The translations under genes were made by a program, and so were the position numbers. 64,000 nt of DNA from assembly GCA_030390025.1 (NCBI GenBank), contig JASTWF010000436.1, forward strand, positions 62,001 to 126,000. Direction: 5' to 3'. This stretch comes from Squalus acanthias (Eukaryota). Numbering within the stretch: position 1 is the stretch's first letter; every line of letters begins with the position of its first letter. Below are positions 61,851 to 64,000 of this stretch, in pieces. The notes beneath the pieces are model-generated. The model did no database searches. It was not told where the DNA came from and saw nothing but the letters and a program-made list of their open reading frames with translations.

Positions 61851-63269
61851 TTATGATCTAAAATTGTTGAACTCGATATTGAGTCCAGAGGGCTGTAGTG
61901 TGCCTAAACGAAAGATGAGGTGCTGTTCCTCGAGCTTACGCTGAGCTTCCGTGGAACAGTGTAATAGGCCGAGGACGGTGAGGTCAGAGTGGGAGTGAAG
62001 CGGTGAATTAAAGTGACAGGCCACCGGGAGCTCGGGGTCCCCCTTACGGACTGAACGGAGGTGTTCCGCAAAGCGGTCACCCAATCTGCGTTTGGTCTCC
62101 CCAATGTCGAGGAGTCCACATCGTGTGCAGCGAATACAGTATACTAAATTGCAGGAAGTACAAGTAAATCGCTGTTTCACCTGGAAGGGGTGTTTGGGGC
62201 CCTGGACAGTGGGAAGAGGGGAGGTATAAGGGCATGTGTTGCATCTCCTGCGCGTGCACGGGAAGGTGCCGGGCGAAGGGGAAGGGGTGCTGGGGGTGGT
62301 AGAGGAGTGGACTAGGGTGTCGCGGAGGGAGCGGTCCCTACGGAATGCTGAAAGGGGAGGTGAGGGGAAGATGTGTTTGGTGGTGGGATCACGCTGGAGG
62401 TGGCGGAAATGGCGGAGGATGATCCGTTGAATGTGGAGGCTGGTGGGGTGAAAGGTGAGGACAAGGGGAACCCTATCGTGGTTCCGGGAGGGAGGGGCAG
62501 GGGTGAGGGCAGATGTGCGGGAGATAGAACGGACACGGTCGAGGGCCGTGTCGACCACGGTCGAGGGGAATCCTCGGTTGAGGAAAAAGGAAGACATGTC
62601 GGAAGCACTGGTATGGAAGGTGGCATCATCAGAGCAGATGCGGCGGAGACGGAGAAACTGGGAGAATGGAATAGAGTCCTTACAGGAGGCGGGGTGGGAG
62701 GAAGTGTAGTCCTGGTAGCTGTGGGAGTCGGTGGGCTTGTAGTGAATGTTAGTCAATAACCTATCCCCAGAGATGGAGATGGAGAAGTCGAGGAAGGGAA
62801 GGGAAGAGTCGGAGATGGACCATGTGAAGGTGAGGGAAGGGTGGAAATTGGAAGCATAGTGAATGAAATGTTCTAGTTCAGGGCGAGAGCAGGAGACGGC
62901 ACCGATACAGTCATCAATGTACCGGAAAAAGAGGCGAGGGAGGGGACCCGAGTAGGACTGGAACAAAGAGTGTTCCACATATCCCACAAAAAGGCAGGCA
63001 TAGCTAGGACCCATGCGGGTACCCATAGCAACACCTTTAATTTGGAGGAAATGGGTAGAGTCAAAGGAGAAGTTGTTCAATGTGAGAACAAGTTCAGCCA
63101 GGCGGAGGAGGGTGGTGGTGGATGGGGACTGGTTGGGCCTCTGTTCAAGGAAGAAGCGGAGCGCCCTCAGGCCATCCTGGTGGGGAATGGAGGTGTAGAG
63201 GGATTGTACGTCCATAGTGAAGTGGAGACGGTTGGGGCCGGGAAACTGGAAACTGTTAAAATGGCGGAG
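61851..63269 (-). CDS. PLE reverse transcriptase + GIY-YIG endonuclease (partial, open)
   Basis: MDVQSLYTSIPH, GVAMGTRMGPSYA, RYIDD, NLVYCIRCTRCGLLDIGET..R..EH, PSGLN; the frame is open up to the truncation point. Confidence 0.92.
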   Translation of the reverse strand, partial: LRHFNSFQFPGPNRLHFTMDVQSLYTSIPHQDGLRALRFFLEQRPNQSPSTTTLLRLAELVLTLNNFSFDSTHFLQIKGVAMGTRMGPSYACLFVGYVEHSLFQSYSGPLPRLFFRYIDDCIGAVSCSRPELEHFIHYASNFHPSLTFTWSISDSSLPFLDFSISISGDRLLTNIHYKPTDSHSYQDYTSSHPASCKDSIPFSQFLRLRRICSDDATFHTSASDMSSFFLNRGFPSTVVDTALDRVRSISRTSALTPAPPSRNHDRVPLVLTFHPTSLHIQRIILRHFRHLQRDPTTKHIFPSPPLSAFRRDRSLRDTLVHSSTTPSTPSPSPGTFPCTRRRCNTCPYTSPLPTVQGPKHPFQVKQRFTCTSCNLVYCIRCTRCGLLDIGETKRRLGDRFAEHLRSVRKGDPELPVACHFNSPLHSHSDLTVLGLLHCSTEAQRKLEEQHLIFRLGTLQPSGLNIEFNNFRS

Positions 63270-64000
63270 GGCATTCTTATCTATCCAGTTATAGCCAGAG
63301 AATCACCTGTAATGGCTTCTCTTCCCGCTCCCGCACTGTTACCTCTGGAGGCCCCCAAGGTTCTATATATACTATTTCTCATCGACATGTTACCCCACGG
63401 CCACATCATCTGAAAACACAACGTTAGGTTCCACAAGTACGCTGACAACACCCAGCTCTACCTCACCACCACCTCTCTCGACCTCTCCACCATCTCTAAA
63501 TTGTTATGCTGCTTGTCCGACATCTAGTACTGTATGAGCAGAAATTTCCAGCAACTAAATATTTGTAAGATCGAAGCCATCGTCTTCGGTCCCTGCCACA
63601 AACTCCGTTCCCGAGCCACTGACTCCATCCCTCTCTCTGTGTCTGAGGCTCAACCAAACCATTCACAACCTTTGCGTCCGATTTGACCCTGAGATGACCT
63701 TCCGACCACATATCTGCTCCATCACCAAGAACGCCTACCTCTACCGCTGTAATGTTGCTCGACTCCGGCTCTGCCTCAACTCATCTGCTACTGTAACCCT
63801 CATCCATGCCTTTGTTAGCTCTAGACTTGACTATTCCAACGCACTCCTGGCCGGCCTCCCATCTTCCACCTTCCGTAAGCTCATCCAAAGCTCTGCTGCC
63901 CGTGTCCTAACTCCCACCCGTTCACCCATCACCCCTCTGCTCACTGACCTACATTGGCTCCCGGTCCGGCAATGCCTCAATTTTAAAATTCTCATCCTTG

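Larger units (their letters stand above)
61438..63271 (-). mobile_element. Penelope-like element (PLE), 5'-truncated, 12-bp TSD
   Basis: TSD cattcttatcta at 61426-61437 and 63272-63283; RT + GIY-YIG ORF. Confidence 0.95.
59600..64000 (+). mobile_element. L2 LINE ORF2, degenerate, host to three insertions
   Basis: LDPIPTKLL, LLVLLDLPVAFDTV, YADNTQLY, HAFVSSRLDYSN. Confidence 0.85.

Overview
Vertebrate, non-prokaryotic DNA; the repeat families and genes point to a cartilaginous fish (shark/elasmobranch). Most of the window is retrotransposon-derived: many CR1 fragments plus one near-full-length nested CR1, an RTE LINE, L2, Tx1, DeuSINEs, and a young Penelope element with hammerhead ribozymes. 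PIF/Harbinger elements and MITEs are also present. The main host feature is a multi-exon, non-classical MHC class I heavy-chain gene on the + strand (leader 31314-31365, alpha1 33729/33731-33989, alpha2 38110-38385, alpha3 38608-38874, TM 41732-41839, probable tail 43334-43407). Its exons are open, but its predicted groove is hydrophobic and its alpha1 splice acceptor is out of phase with the leader. It is flanked by two convergent GPR139-like 7TM pseudogenes and a C2H2 zinc-finger pseudogene. Three minisatellites are present: one was born inside an L2 ORF, and the other two share a CCGGGATACA core. There are two assembly gaps (22722-23221, 40232-40717). All calls come from manual reading; no database searches were run.
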